Positions 1 through 10,770 of a stretch of DNA of 64,000 nt are shown one piece after another. Numbering within the stretch: the first letter of the stretch is position 1; each line of letters begins with the position of its first letter. The stretch is from an uncultured Planctomycetota bacterium (GTDB taxonomy: Bacteria > Planctomycetota > Planctomycetia > Isosphaerales > Isosphaeraceae), in the NCBI GenBank assembly GCA_963823665.1, contig CAWGMQ010000004.1, positions 2,112,001 to 2,176,000 on the forward strand, written 5' to 3'. Made by a program: the position numbers and the translations under genes. The notes beneath the pieces are model-generated. The model saw only the letters and a list, made by a program, of their open reading frames with translations, was not told where the DNA came from and searched no databases.

Positions 1-2
1 GG

Positions 3-686
3 GCTGCATTTCGGCGCGAGACTCAGGACCGGCTTCCGTGGTCGATCGTCGGCCATTCGATGGGAGCCCTTCTGGCACGGTCGCTGGTCGAAGACGATGC
101 GACCTGGGCGGGTGACGTGTCGTCGCTCGTCATGATCGCGCCAGTGAATCAAGGCTCGCAACTGGCGAAGGTCCAGACATTCATGCAGATTTCGAAAGGA
201 CTCAAGGCGATCAACGGCAAGGACGCGACCAAGGCTATGCTCAGCCTTTCCGACGGATTAGGCCAGGCGGCCGAGGACATGCTGCCCGGGAGTAAATTCC
301 TGAAGGCACTGAATCGCCGGCCGCGCCGGGCGGGCGTGGCGTATCATATTCTGGCCGGCGATCGCGGCTTCTTGACCCGCGAGGGACGAGAACAGATTGA
401 GGGTAGGCTCGAGCTGGTGAACCAGAATGCCGGCGTCTTCGGGCGATTGACCAGGGCTGCGACTGCTGACTTGCCCGACCTTCTCGATGAGCTTACCGAT
501 GGCAAAGGCGACGGCTGCATTGCCGTTGAGCGAACACGGCTCGAAGGTGTTAACGACCACGTTGTCATTCACGCCAATCACGTCGAACTGGTTCGCGGGC
601 CCCTGCTCTATCCGGAGCCGGGGCCGGTGGTGTGCATGCCGGTGGTGCTCGGGTGGCTCAAGGCCGACCGCGAAAAAGGAAAGTAG
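3..686 (+). CDS. alpha/beta hydrolase (lipase/esterase-like), 5'-truncated by window edge
   Basis: Frame is open from the window start; nucleophile elbow GHSMG at 51-65, then APVNQGS, GDGCI and a C-terminal His (NH) typical of PGAP1/lipase-like hydrolases. Confidence 0.8.
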   Translation, partial: AAFRRETQDRLPWSIVGHSMGALLARSLVEDDATWAGDVSSLVMIAPVNQGSQLAKVQTFMQISKGLKAINGKDATKAMLSLSDGLGQAAEDMLPGSKFLKALNRRPRRAGVAYHILAGDRGFLTREGREQIEGRLELVNQNAGVFGRLTRAATADLPDLLDELTDGKGDGCIAVERTRLEGVNDHVVIHANHVELVRGPLLYPEPGPVVCMPVVLGWLKADREKGK

Positions 687-818
687 GGTTCGCTACTTGA
701 TGGTTCAGCGTCAACGACCGCCGAGCCAGGGTCTTGGGATTTGTCGCGCCATTCGTTAATCTGGTCGCACGCCGGGGAGTGAGTCACCGCTCGGAGCCAA
801 TTGAAGAGGATCCCCCCA

Positions 819-2357
819 ATGTCTCAGACTGTTGTGACCGCGCGAGATGGGCTGCCCGCCATGGAGACAGGGCGGGAAGGCCACCCACGCGGACTTTATG
901 TCCTCTTCACAACCGAAATGTGGGAGCGGTTCAGTTATTACGGAATGCGGGCCCTGCTGGTCCTGTATCTGACGAAGGCAATTGGTCTGGACCGACCGGC
1001 CGCATTGAACATCTACGCGATCTACACCGGCCTTATCTATCTGACTCCATTGATCGGCGGCCGGCTGGCCGATCGCTACCTTGGTCAGCGCAAGGCGGTG
1101 TTCATCGGCGGAATCTTGATGGCGCTCGGTCAACTGGCGCTGACTCAGAGAGATTCGCTCTATTTGGGTCTGGGCTTACTCATCGTCGGCAACGGCTTCT
1201 TCAAGCCGAACATTTCGACCATGGTCGGCACACAGTACCCCCAGGGCGATGCCAGACGAGACGGGGCGTATACGATCTTCTATATGGGGATCAACCTGGG
1301 CGCGTTCCTATCGCCGCTCATTTGTGGCCCTCTCGGTGAACGAATCGGGTGGGGTTATGGCTTCGGCGCGGCGGGAGTCGGCATGACGCTCGGGCTGCTC
1401 ACTTTCGTGTTCACCCAGCAATGGCTTCAGGGCAAAGGGCTTCCTCCGCTTCGCGAAGAGACGGCTCACGCCCGGCTTTCTATTCGTGATTGGATCGATA
1501 TCGCGGTGATCTCGGCGGGGATCACCGCACTTGTGTTCGGGGCGATGCACTCGTGGCCGTACATCAGCCCAATCTGGTCTCCGTCCTGGCTGACAAGCTC
1601 CTTGGCGGCGTTCTTTTACAAGGGTGCGATTTTGATCGGCGCCCTCGGATTGTTCCTTTACGCGACGGAACCCTCGAAGAGCAGCGCCTTGGCCCAATCT
1701 GTACACGAGCCATTCACCTTCGAAGATTGGCAACGGATCGCGGTGATCATCATCATCAGCCTGTTTTCGATCCTTTTCTGGATGGGTTTCGAGCAATCAG
1801 GCGGAACGCTGAATCTCTTTGCAGACGAAAAAACGAATCGAACAATCTTCGGCTACGACGTGCCGGCGTCGGTATTCCAGGCCGTGAACCCGGTATTCAT
1901 CATCACGTTGGCTCCTCTCTTCGCGATCCTCTGGACCTATCTGGCCCGGCGCCAGTTTCCGCTGCATTCCGTGACGAAACAGGGGCTCGGCCTGGCGCTG
2001 CTCGGCGTCGCGTTCCTTGTCATGTACTTCGCCGACTCGGGGCCCAAGACGGAACGGGTTTCTTCGCTCTGGCTGATCCTGGTGTACCTGATTTTCACGG
2101 TTGCCGAGCTGTTCGTTTCACCCATCGGATTGTCCCTGGTGAACAAGCTCGCACCGGCGAAGGTTGCGTCACTCATGATGGCAACGTGGTTCCTGTGCAC
2201 GGCGGCGGCCAATTATCTCGCTGGAATCATGGAGCACGTGCTCGAGCCATACCATCTGAATCTCTGGGCATTCCTGGGTGTGATGGCACTGGTCCCGGGC
2301 TTGCTGTTGATCGCCCTGACGCCAGTGCTGGTCAAGATGTCGCACGGCAGAGTGTAA
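819..2357 (+). CDS. POT/PTR family proton-dependent di/tripeptide MFS transporter
   Basis: EMWERFSYYGMR (ExxER) motif, GGRLADRYLG, GNGFFKPNISTMVG, FYMGINLGA, AELFVSPIGLS; many TM helices; GAGGA RBS before ATG 819. Confidence 0.95.
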   Translation: MSQTVVTARDGLPAMETGREGHPRGLYVLFTTEMWERFSYYGMRALLVLYLTKAIGLDRPAALNIYAIYTGLIYLTPLIGGRLADRYLGQRKAVFIGGILMALGQLALTQRDSLYLGLGLLIVGNGFFKPNISTMVGTQYPQGDARRDGAYTIFYMGINLGAFLSPLICGPLGERIGWGYGFGAAGVGMTLGLLTFVFTQQWLQGKGLPPLREETAHARLSIRDWIDIAVISAGITALVFGAMHSWPYISPIWSPSWLTSSLAAFFYKGAILIGALGLFLYATEPSKSSALAQSVHEPFTFEDWQRIAVIIIISLFSILFWMGFEQSGGTLNLFADEKTNRTIFGYDVPASVFQAVNPVFIITLAPLFAILWTYLARRQFPLHSVTKQGLGLALLGVAFLVMYFADSGPKTERVSSLWLILVYLIFTVAELFVSPIGLSLVNKLAPAKVASLMMATWFLCTAAANYLAGIMEHVLEPYHLNLWAFLGVMALVPGLLLIALTPVLVKMSHGRV

Positions 2358-2383
2358 GCCGATTTAACGGGAGACCGTCAATC

Positions 2384-4465
2384 ATGAAGCCGTGGTTCTT
2401 CGCGGTTCTTGTTCTTCTTCAACTCGCGGCGCCTTTGTTCGCCGCAGGACGCCCCATGACAGTCGAAGACCTTCTGGCCGTGAAAGGGGTCTCGGATCCT
2501 CAGGTCTCCCCTGACGGCTCGCTCGTTGTCTACGTGGTGACCCACCTCGATCAGGCTACGCAGAAAAACCACAGCAGTCTCTGGCTGGTTCCGACCGCGG
2601 GGGGGCAGCCCAAGCAGTTGACGACGGCTCCCGGGACCAACAACCACCCGCGCTGGAGCAAAGACGGCAAGTCGATCGCGTTCGTCTCGAGCCGGGGAGG
2701 CTCAAACCAGGTGTGGCTGATGCCGGTCGATGGCGGCGAGGCGCGACAGTTGACCAAGCTGCCGATCGACGTCTCAGGGCCGATCTGGTCACCGCAAGGC
2801 GACAAGATCGCGTTTGCGGCCGAGGTTTATCCAGGCACTACGGCCGAGGAGACGGCCGCCAAGGAAAAGGAGAAAGAAAGCTCGAAGAAGAAGGTTCGGA
2901 TCTATGACCGCCTGATGATCCGGCACTGGAACGCGTGGGACGAGGGGAAGCGGAGCCACCTGTTCGTGGCCGATGCTCATTCCGGCGAGGCGCGAGACCT
3001 GACTCCCAAGCTCGAGGTGAACACACCCCCTGCTCCGTTTGGCGGCTCGTCTGACTACGCCTGGTCGCCCGACGGCAAAGAGCTTGCCTTCACCGCCGAG
3101 CCGGTGACCACCGCCGCCTGGTCGACCAACACGGACATCTGGACCGTGCCCGCTCTCGGTGGCGACGCCAAGAACCTGACCGAGGCCAACAAGGGGGCAG
3201 ACGCCCAGCCCGCGTACTCGCCTGACGGCCGCTGGCTTGCGTATGTGAGCCAGGCGCGGGCGGGGTTTGAAGCGGACCAGTGGGTCTTGACATTACGAGA
3301 CCGGCAGACGGGCGGGCTTACCCAGCCGACGAAGGCCCTCGATCGGCCGGTACAGTCTTTCGCCTGGGACCCATCACTGCCGCGCACGATCATCGCGGCG
3401 ATCGATCATGAAGGAACGGTTGCCATCATCGGTTTCCGGATCGACGACGATGGGACATCGCAGATCGACTCGAAGCGGCTGCATTTTGCCCTCACGCGTG
3501 GCGGAGCAGCCCCGGCGTTCAGCGTTTCGCCCAAAGGGGGGAGCGTGGTCTTCACGCACAGCAGGGTCGCGCAGCCGGCTGAGCTCGAGCGAATTGAGTT
3601 TAGCACGCCCGATGCCTCCAAGAGCATGACCGCACCCGCGCGGCTCACAAACCATAATGCACAACTCGTCGCCGATCTCGACCTTCAGCCGGCTGAATCG
3701 TTCGAGTTCTCCGGCGCCGACGGCGACCGCGTTCAGGGGTGGCTGGTGCGTCCGCCCGGCTTCGACCCCACCAAGAAATACCCCGTTATCTTCTTGATCC
3801 ACGGCGGGCCGCAAGGGGCCTGGCATGACGAATGGCATAACCGATGGAATTATGCCATGTTCGCGTCGCCGGGCTATGCGGTGGTGGCGATCAATCCCCG
3901 CGGCTCGACCGGCTTCGGCCAGAAGTTCACCGATCAGATCAGCCAGGATTGGACGGGCCGCGTCTACGAGGACCTGATGAAGGGTCTTGACCATGCTCTC
4001 AAGACGTATGGGTTTCTGGATGGGTCGAAGGTGGCGGCCTGCGGCGGGTCATATGGCGGGTTCATGGTGAACTGGATCGCCGGGCACACCGATCGATTCG
4101 CGGCACTCATCAGTCATGCCGGCGTCTTCGACCTGACGAGCATGTACGGCACGACCGAGGAGCTGTGGTTCCCGGAGTGGGAATACGGCGGACCGCCCTG
4201 GGAGAAGGCCGAGCACTATCACGAACGGTCACCGAGCACGTTTGTCGCCAACTTCAAGACGCCCACGCTGGTGATTCATGGGGCACTCGACTTTCGCGTG
4301 CCGGACGCGCAGGGCCTTGGAATGTTCACCTCACTCCAGCGCCGGGGAGTGCCGAGTCGCTACGTCTATTTCCCCGATGAGGGGCACTGGATCGCGCAGC
4401 CCCAGAACCGCTCGGTGTGGTGGCATGAGGTCACGAGCTGGCTCGATCGCTACTTGAAACACTGA
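2384..4465 (+). CDS. S9 family peptidase (secreted dipeptidyl/acylaminoacyl peptidase with beta-propeller)
   Basis: Signal peptide MKPWFFAVLVLL; PD40-like SPDG repeats; IHGGPQ, GGSYGG, DFRVP, DEGH catalytic motifs. The ORF-track start at 1490 overlaps the transporter and is not credible. Confidence 0.93.
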   Translation: MKPWFFAVLVLLQLAAPLFAAGRPMTVEDLLAVKGVSDPQVSPDGSLVVYVVTHLDQATQKNHSSLWLVPTAGGQPKQLTTAPGTNNHPRWSKDGKSIAFVSSRGGSNQVWLMPVDGGEARQLTKLPIDVSGPIWSPQGDKIAFAAEVYPGTTAEETAAKEKEKESSKKKVRIYDRLMIRHWNAWDEGKRSHLFVADAHSGEARDLTPKLEVNTPPAPFGGSSDYAWSPDGKELAFTAEPVTTAAWSTNTDIWTVPALGGDAKNLTEANKGADAQPAYSPDGRWLAYVSQARAGFEADQWVLTLRDRQTGGLTQPTKALDRPVQSFAWDPSLPRTIIAAIDHEGTVAIIGFRIDDDGTSQIDSKRLHFALTRGGAAPAFSVSPKGGSVVFTHSRVAQPAELERIEFSTPDASKSMTAPARLTNHNAQLVADLDLQPAESFEFSGADGDRVQGWLVRPPGFDPTKKYPVIFLIHGGPQGAWHDEWHNRWNYAMFASPGYAVVAINPRGSTGFGQKFTDQISQDWTGRVYEDLMKGLDHALKTYGFLDGSKVAACGGSYGGFMVNWIAGHTDRFAALISHAGVFDLTSMYGTTEELWFPEWEYGGPPWEKAEHYHERSPSTFVANFKTPTLVIHGALDFRVPDAQGLGMFTSLQRRGVPSRYVYFPDEGHWIAQPQNRSVWWHEVTSWLDRYLKH

Positions 4466-4717
4466 CGCGGCGATTCTCTTCAAAGAACGGCCCCGTGATC
4501 CACCGATTTGCTCCATCCTGGGCGGGTTCCTGGTCCTTTTCTTGATGAGGGATCGCTTCGGTCCGAATGAGGTCTGTTATCCGGTTGCCGGGGGCGTCGC
4601 TGTGCTTCTGGCACTCATCAGCCCGCCCACTCTTAAACACTTCCGGCTGACGGGACAACACCGCTTGGCCCCGACGCTATCGGAAAGGCAAGCGGCAAAC
4701 ACCCCGGTGAGCCGATC

Positions 4718-5110
4718 ATGAACACGACGGAAGAAGGCGAGGATTTGCGGCCGCGTTTGTCTGCAATCGGCGGCATCATCCGCAAGCGCTGCCCGCACTG
4801 CCGCCGCGGGCGAATCTTCCAATCTCTCTGGAAGATGAACGAAAACTGCCCGGTGTGCGAGCTCGATTTCGATCGTGGCGACCCCGGTCATTTCACGGGC
4901 GCGATGTATGCCAGCTACGCGATGGCGATCCCGATCGGGACCGTTCTCACCGCGCTCGCGTACTTGATCTTCCCGACGTGGTCGCTCTTTCAGATGGTCA
5001 TGCTGGCGGCAGCGATCAGCGCACCGTTGATTCCGTGGATCTGGCAGTATTCACGGGTCCTCTGGATTTACTTCGACCGGTATTTTGATCCGGAGGATGA
5101 GACGGCTTAA
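4718..5110 (+). CDS. DUF983-like Zn-ribbon membrane protein
   Basis: RCPHCRRGRIF...CPVC followed by two hydrophobic helices. Confidence 0.8.
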   Translation: MNTTEEGEDLRPRLSAIGGIIRKRCPHCRRGRIFQSLWKMNENCPVCELDFDRGDPGHFTGAMYASYAMAIPIGTVLTALAYLIFPTWSLFQMVMLAAAISAPLIPWIWQYSRVLWIYFDRYFDPEDETA

Positions 5111-6925
5111 TTGCCAGCCCCCCTGCCCTGCCCTCGCAGTGCCGATTCGATCGCACGATCCATGCGGGGTAGCGTTGTGTCGGTGGCGCCGTGCTCTCGC
5201 GCCAGCAGCTTGCCGTCACGGCTGATCAGGACCATCGTGGGATAGAACTGAACCTGAAGCGCCTGTTGCAGGGGGCAAGTCCCGTCTCGGCCCGATAGCA
5301 GCACCGGATAGCTGATACCGAGTTCGTTCACGGCTTTGACCGCACTGGCTTGTCGGTCACGCGGCGCTGCTGCTTTTTCACAGGCGATCCCGACCACCTG
5401 AAATCGTTTGCCTGCGAACTTCTTCTGGAGCTCGATCAAGTGAGGGATCGACTTGCGGCAAGGCTCGCACCAGCTTCCCCAGAAATCGAGCAGGATCACG
5501 TCGGCGTCGATGTCGTGAAGCGACACCAGTTTTCCACTCAAATCGGCAAGCTTGAAATCGATCAGACGGCGCTCGGCGGCGTCGATGCTGCATGCGCTCT
5601 GCTTGACGGCATCGTCGATCGGTGCAGGAGAGCTACCCAGCAAGCGAGCCAGGCCTGACCTGGGCGGCTGATTGGTGCTCGTAAGCGTGACCACGGCATG
5701 GTCATCTTTTGGGGGGGCATCCGACCTGGCAAGGCAAACAGCCTCGTCGAGCGGCACGTTGCCTTGCTTACCGGTGATGTCGCCCCAGGTTGGGCGGCGG
5801 GCTGCCCGCACAACGGTATCAGGCTCTGACACGTTTGCCTCGACGAGCTCCTCCGGTATCGGCTGAGGGGCTTGATCGGAGGCTGGTTGAGCGCCGCGGT
5901 CGCCGGGCTGCGGATCGTCACGCTGCGGCACCGCACGCACTGCCTGATGTACAGGTTGTGACGAGCTTTCCGATTTGCTCTGAGCCGTTCGGACCAGATT
6001 CTCTTCCACCAGCGCGCGCGGACGGCGGATGGTGTTAGACGCTCCTGAACCGATCGCAGGCGGCAACGGATTTGGCCCGTCGTCATCGGCATCCTGGCTG
6101 CTCCGACTGGACGAAGCCGGCCGATCAGTCGACTCACCGCTCTCGTCGCTAACACGAGGAGCAGAACCCGATCCGGTCGCTGCTTTGGACCCACCCTGGC
6201 GGGCGTTCCAGCCTGCCTTTCCAGAGAGCTGCGAGGAACTACGAGCTGAGCTGCGCCGGCCTCTCACGTCACTGTCGGGTAACAAGGCCGTGGCTTCGGC
6301 GGCTGGCGGCTCGAGGTCTTCGGGATTGATCCGGCTGCCTGATCGTCCGTCAGTCTCGTCGGACGATTCTTCGTCCAACGAATCCACATTGGAGATCGGC
6401 TCAATCCGGGGCCGCGCCGGCCGGATCGAGGCGTGTCCCTGATTGGATCCACCGTGAGCCTGCACGCGCGATGCGGACATCTGTCTCCGGCGCCTTGACC
6501 TGTACCCGACCTGACATCAGCCCTTCTTCGTCTTCGTATTCCGCGACAACTGTATACGACGAGCCGGAACGCAGACCGGAGAGCGTGAATGCACCGGATC
6601 GATCGGTGGTCGCAACGACGGCTTTTCCGCCAGCGGTGCCTCCCACTGCGAGGCGTACCTTGGCACCCGGGACAGGCTTACCGCGTTCGTCGTAGATTCT
6701 GCCGGAAATCCGCGAGCCGGATCGCGCCGGCCGATCAATGTCTTCGGTCTCCGCACGAAGTGACGCGCCAGGCTCGCCCGATACGATCGGAAGAGGCTTG
6801 TCGCCGACCGAGGCAATCGTCTTCACATCGGATGTATTGCTCGAACGAAGCGCCCCGGTCTGCGAGCAGCCCGAGACGATCAGGACCGAGCTCAGGAGGC
6901 ATAACGTCAATTGGGAGCTGCGCAT
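5107..6925 (-). CDS. lipoprotein: carboxypeptidase-regulatory-like domain + disordered linker + TlpA-type thioredoxin (one frameshift near 6455-6480)
   Basis: ORF 6401-6925 has lipobox VSGC and ISGRIYDERGKPVPGAKV; ORF 5107-6480 ends in DFWGSWCEPC...YPT; the two read as one gene across a single indel. Confidence 0.75.
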
Positions 6926-7188
6926 CTCGCGATTTCCTCCTCCTGATCAAGACGGCACGGTGAGCTTCATCGAGGCGCGAGTCAAAATCGAAAGGGTCGT
7001 TCATCCTGAAGACCCCCACATCAACCAAGATGCGGAACCCGTTGCTTCATCACCGGCGGCGCGCTCGCGTACCCGCGAGTGCCGTATCAAAAAGGATCGA
7101 CCGATCGCACCTCAGCTCTTGAATCGTTCCGAAAATCTCGTTCGGATCGTCGTCGCCAGCGTGACGACGGCAAGAGCATGCATGCACG

Positions 7189-8025
7189 TCAATTCCAGCG
7201 TGAAACCTCACGGCGAAGACTGACGAGCAGCTCACGGATCTCCGTTGCATCGCCCGTTTCGGGACATACTTCGAGATAGGCCTGCAACGGCTCGATCGCC
7301 TCACCGAGACGATCCGCCTGCACGCACAGGATTCCCAGATCACGCAACTCACCTGGATCGCGGCGGTTGATTGCGGTCAATCGACGCTGGATGGGTAAAA
7401 CAGACGCGATGTCGCCCGACTTTGCGTAGATTGCCTTGAGGTTTCTGAGCATCCGCGAAACCACGGTCTGGCTTGAACAGGGCTCAACCGCCGCATCAGA
7501 CAAGGTCACGTGTCGCTCGGCGATCTCGCTGAGCTTCCGCTCGCAACCGCCGCGATCGTACACTGCTCCGCCGTAGAACGGGTCAACAAAGCAGGTTTCG
7601 TCGCCGTCATCCACTCGAAGCATGAAATGCAGCGGCAGATCGACCCCTCCGATTGCCAAGCCCAGGCGTTCTGCGATCGTTCGGTATACCAGCGAGAGGG
7701 TGATCGGAATTCCAAGTCCCCGATCAAGTACCTCGTTCAGGTAGCTATTCCGCGGGTCGTAATAATCTTCCTTGTTTCCACGAAATTCCTCTTCGACGAA
7801 GAGCACCCAATTGATCTGTCCCAGAATTTCTCGCGCGATCGAACCTGGTTTGAACCGTGCATGCGCTCGATCGGCCAGGCGATGGATTCTTTCGAGGTAC
7901 ACCTCAATGTCGATCTCGGGGTAGGCATCTCGCCCGATTTCCAGGGCAACCCGGGCGAGATCGACATGATCTTGGCCGGTGAGAAGACGCAGAAACTCGG
8001 GACTATCGGCAAACGGTACGGCCAA
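7189..8025 (-). CDS. SirB1-family transglutaminase-like + TPR protein
   Basis: FRGNKEDYYDPRNSYLNEVLDRGLGIPITLSLVY, PLHFML, VDPF, RMLRNLK, ELRDLG; GAGGAG RBS before TTG start. Confidence 0.9.
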   Translation of the reverse strand: MAVPFADSPEFLRLLTGQDHVDLARVALEIGRDAYPEIDIEVYLERIHRLADRAHARFKPGSIAREILGQINWVLFVEEEFRGNKEDYYDPRNSYLNEVLDRGLGIPITLSLVYRTIAERLGLAIGGVDLPLHFMLRVDDGDETCFVDPFYGGAVYDRGGCERKLSEIAERHVTLSDAAVEPCSSQTVVSRMLRNLKAIYAKSGDIASVLPIQRRLTAINRRDPGELRDLGILCVQADRLGEAIEPLQAYLEVCPETGDATEIRELLVSLRREVSRWN

Positions 8026-8104
8026 AATGCATTCTCCTCGGGGATGATCAACGATGCTGTGAGCCTGTCTCTACATCCTGCTCACCAAGTGCGCTCTCTT
8101 TCAA

Positions 8105-10324
8105 CTAGAAGAGCTCTTCGCCGATCACCTGCTCGTGGTCGGGAAGAACATCCGACTCTGGCTGAACGATGATGCCCTGCCCCAGAAGTTTATCGCGTTC
8201 GGAGGCGGTCAGCTTGGCGTGATCGATCGCGATGATGGTTTCGCTGATGCGCTCGGCCTGGTGTCTGAGCACAGCCATTACCCGATCGGCCGAATCTCGC
8301 TCGCCGCAGCGAATCACGGTCATCTTGGCAAGTTTGACCTGCCGTACCCAGCTTGACCAATCCTTGACCTCGCGGAGCACGTTTGCCGGCAATTCATTGC
8401 TCGCCAGACGAGTCAGCAGCGCGATGATGTCGTCACGCTGCAAGCCCAGCCGCACCGCCCTCACGATTGAGTCTCGCGTGATCTTGAGAATGGTTGCGCC
8501 GTTACCGCCGCGTTTGGTCAAGCGTTCGCATAACGGGGTCAGCTCGGCGAGGGATGCCGTGTTCAGCCCGATCACGATCACGCTGAAATCGGGCTGGATG
8601 ACGACCCGGCTGTCGTGGCCGGAGGACGGGTATAGTTCTGCCAGGTCGACCTTGTGGCCGAAGTAAAGCTCACAACTCAGCTCGCGTGCGACGCAGACCT
8701 TACCTTCGCTGTCGATGGCCGCGCGGACACAGCCAAGCGGAATCAAGCGACAGCGCACGAATGTGTCGATCAGGCTCTTGGCGGCCTCCTCGCGTTCCTC
8801 CAAGAGGGATGGCACTTGCTGTCTGCCGCGGGTGACCCGCGTGCGATCGAGCGGAAGCCCAGCGTTCAAGGGGTTATGTGCACCGAAGGCCAGATGCGCG
8901 GAGATACTATCCAGCCGGTAGAAGACCTCCGGCTCGAGCGCCGCGAGGGCGCGCTCGACGTGCGGCCGGAGTGCCAGTTGTTCGAGGCCCTGGACTATGC
9001 CCCAATTCGCTTCGTTTGCTGCCGGCCTATCCAATTTCTGTACCGTAACAGGCTCGCCGAAAAACTGTGACTCGTCCGAGACGAACGTGCGCGATCGCTT
9101 GCGATCAGGATTCAAGAGCGCTTCATACTGGTCGAATGGGTTTTCCCGTACGGAAGCTCGCGTGAAGTGTTCGACGAGCGCTGCGTATTTCTCGGCGACG
9201 CTGCTCGAAAGCCACCGGCGTCCCGCCGCGCTAAGCTGGAGCCGGACGGTGCGTTCTTCGGCAACTTCCTTTACCAGATGAAGCGTTTTGGCCCGTTCAA
9301 ATGCATCGGTGAGCCGCCCTGGCGTGGACCACTCGATGGCGTTTGTGAGCCATGCGGGCAGTGGATCCAGCACGGACAGGAACCGATCGATTTCGCGCTG
9401 GTAGAGCTCGTGGTCGGCTCGAACGCGGGGCGGCGTGTTGGCTATTTCCAGGAGGACGGATGCGAGGTCATTCACGAACACGCTCCCGTGGGGTGCGAGC
9501 TCCTTGGGATTTTCGCAGATCTGGAGGGGAGGGCGCTCGCGAGGCCGGCGGGCTTCGATGATTTTCTGGCGAACAGCGGGGAGGAATCCCACCAGGATTT
9601 CCCACGTTTCGGGCTGAAAATCCTCGAACAGCACAAGATGACCGATCAATTGATCCACGACCGCATGGACCTTCTCCGGCTTGGTTCCCCCGATCCGTCC
9701 GCAGAGCTCCAGGAGCGGGATCGGTGCACCGGCTTCCTTTACTGCTTTCAAAATCGGCTTCGCCAGAGGTTCCGCAAATGCCCGCGCTACCAACTCGTGC
9801 CAGCGGTGGCCGTTGATGAATCGCTCGAGCAACTCGTCGAGTCGATAATAGCCCTCCGAAAAACCAACCGTCTGGAGGATCGCGATGATGGCTTGCACGA
9901 GATCGGTGCGGAAAAAGGCCTCGTCGATGTATTTCGACAATTCACTCGGCAGATCGGCGTTCAGGAGGTGCATCCGGCGCAAGATACGGCCGCGCCAGGC
10001 GAAGTCGCTAACGCCAGTACCGGCGAGCACGCGATCGGCTGTCTGGCCGGGCTTGCGACGCTCAATCCTGGCGAAGCCGGTGGCGATGAGCTCATCCAGA
10101 ACGTGCGGCGGAAAGTCCTCCGTAGGCGCGCTCGGAGGATCACCATAAGGTGCCGGGTCTTTATGAGGGAGTTTCACGACGTGCAAGAACGAGTATCGGG
10201 CCGGGACTGTTAACTGCTGCCACTTGGCATCCCACGCGGCCAGGGAACGACGTCGATAGGCCCTCTCGTAGAAGTCACGCGGTTCGCCTCCATCCCATTG
10301 ATTCCAGTATGGGCTTCGCATCAC
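8105..10324 (-). CDS. helicase-associated (Helicase_C_3 / XPB-partner type) domain protein
   Basis: C-terminal VVIQPDFSVIV...KITRDSIVRAVRLG...LPANVLREVKDW pattern; no helicase motifs in this ORF. Confidence 0.7.
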   Translation of the reverse strand: MMRSPYWNQWDGGEPRDFYERAYRRRSLAAWDAKWQQLTVPARYSFLHVVKLPHKDPAPYGDPPSAPTEDFPPHVLDELIATGFARIERRKPGQTADRVLAGTGVSDFAWRGRILRRMHLLNADLPSELSKYIDEAFFRTDLVQAIIAILQTVGFSEGYYRLDELLERFINGHRWHELVARAFAEPLAKPILKAVKEAGAPIPLLELCGRIGGTKPEKVHAVVDQLIGHLVLFEDFQPETWEILVGFLPAVRQKIIEARRPRERPPLQICENPKELAPHGSVFVNDLASVLLEIANTPPRVRADHELYQREIDRFLSVLDPLPAWLTNAIEWSTPGRLTDAFERAKTLHLVKEVAEERTVRLQLSAAGRRWLSSSVAEKYAALVEHFTRASVRENPFDQYEALLNPDRKRSRTFVSDESQFFGEPVTVQKLDRPAANEANWGIVQGLEQLALRPHVERALAALEPEVFYRLDSISAHLAFGAHNPLNAGLPLDRTRVTRGRQQVPSLLEEREEAAKSLIDTFVRCRLIPLGCVRAAIDSEGKVCVARELSCELYFGHKVDLAELYPSSGHDSRVVIQPDFSVIVIGLNTASLAELTPLCERLTKRGGNGATILKITRDSIVRAVRLGLQRDDIIALLTRLASNELPANVLREVKDWSSWVRQVKLAKMTVIRCGERDSADRVMAVLRHQAERISETIIAIDHAKLTASERDKLLGQGIIVQPESDVLPDHEQVIGEELF

Positions 10325-10427
10325 ATCGCCCCCTCCGCCACGATCAAAGCCGCCTAGCTCTGCAGCCCTTTGATCTGAAGTAATGGCGGTGGCCCAGCAG
10401 AAGCTCTCGGATGATTTTGAAGAATCG

Positions 10428-10457
10428 CGTCTGAGAATCGCTTAGCCAGCTCCCTAT
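10428..10457 (+). promoter_or_regulatory. candidate ECF promoter, copy 1 (CGTCTGAGaatcgcttagccagctCCCTAT)
   Basis: Matches the bipartite motif at 15920-15948(-), 16040-16069 and 38068-38096. Confidence 0.6.
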
Positions 10458-10495
10458 AGCGTTACAGAAGGGCCGGGGCGAGATCAAGCAACAGG

Positions 10496-10525
10496 AACCT
10501 GACCTGGGTCAACCTGGCTTTTTAG
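10496..10525 (+). pseudogene. 3' relic of a paralog of the 38229-38630 gene
   Basis: Reads NLTWVNLAF* versus DLTWVNVNA* at the end of 38229-38630; 13 bp identical (TGACCTGGGTCAA); lies just downstream of the same promoter motif. Confidence 0.45.
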
Positions 10526-10770
10526 CGCTCCGAACCGAGCCGCAGGTCCTGCCATGTGATTGACCTGCCAACCCGCGCAAGCGGCAGTTGCGACGCGGCG
10601 ACCAAACGCTGCGATCGCCCTGTAGAAGCTGAAATCGTCGCAGCGCGCCGGGGTGCGGCAACACCCCGGCGGCTGCCTTCCAAGGCCGGGCTCGTCGCCA
10701 TCCGTACGCCAATCGGACGTCGAGGATGGTGCGCGCCTCATCCGGGCAAATGCCCAGAGCGAGATCCATC

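Noticed and set aside
1490..2383. N-terminal 298 aa of the 991-aa ORF
   Set aside because: It overlaps the transporter in another frame; the peptidase starts at the signal peptide at 2384.
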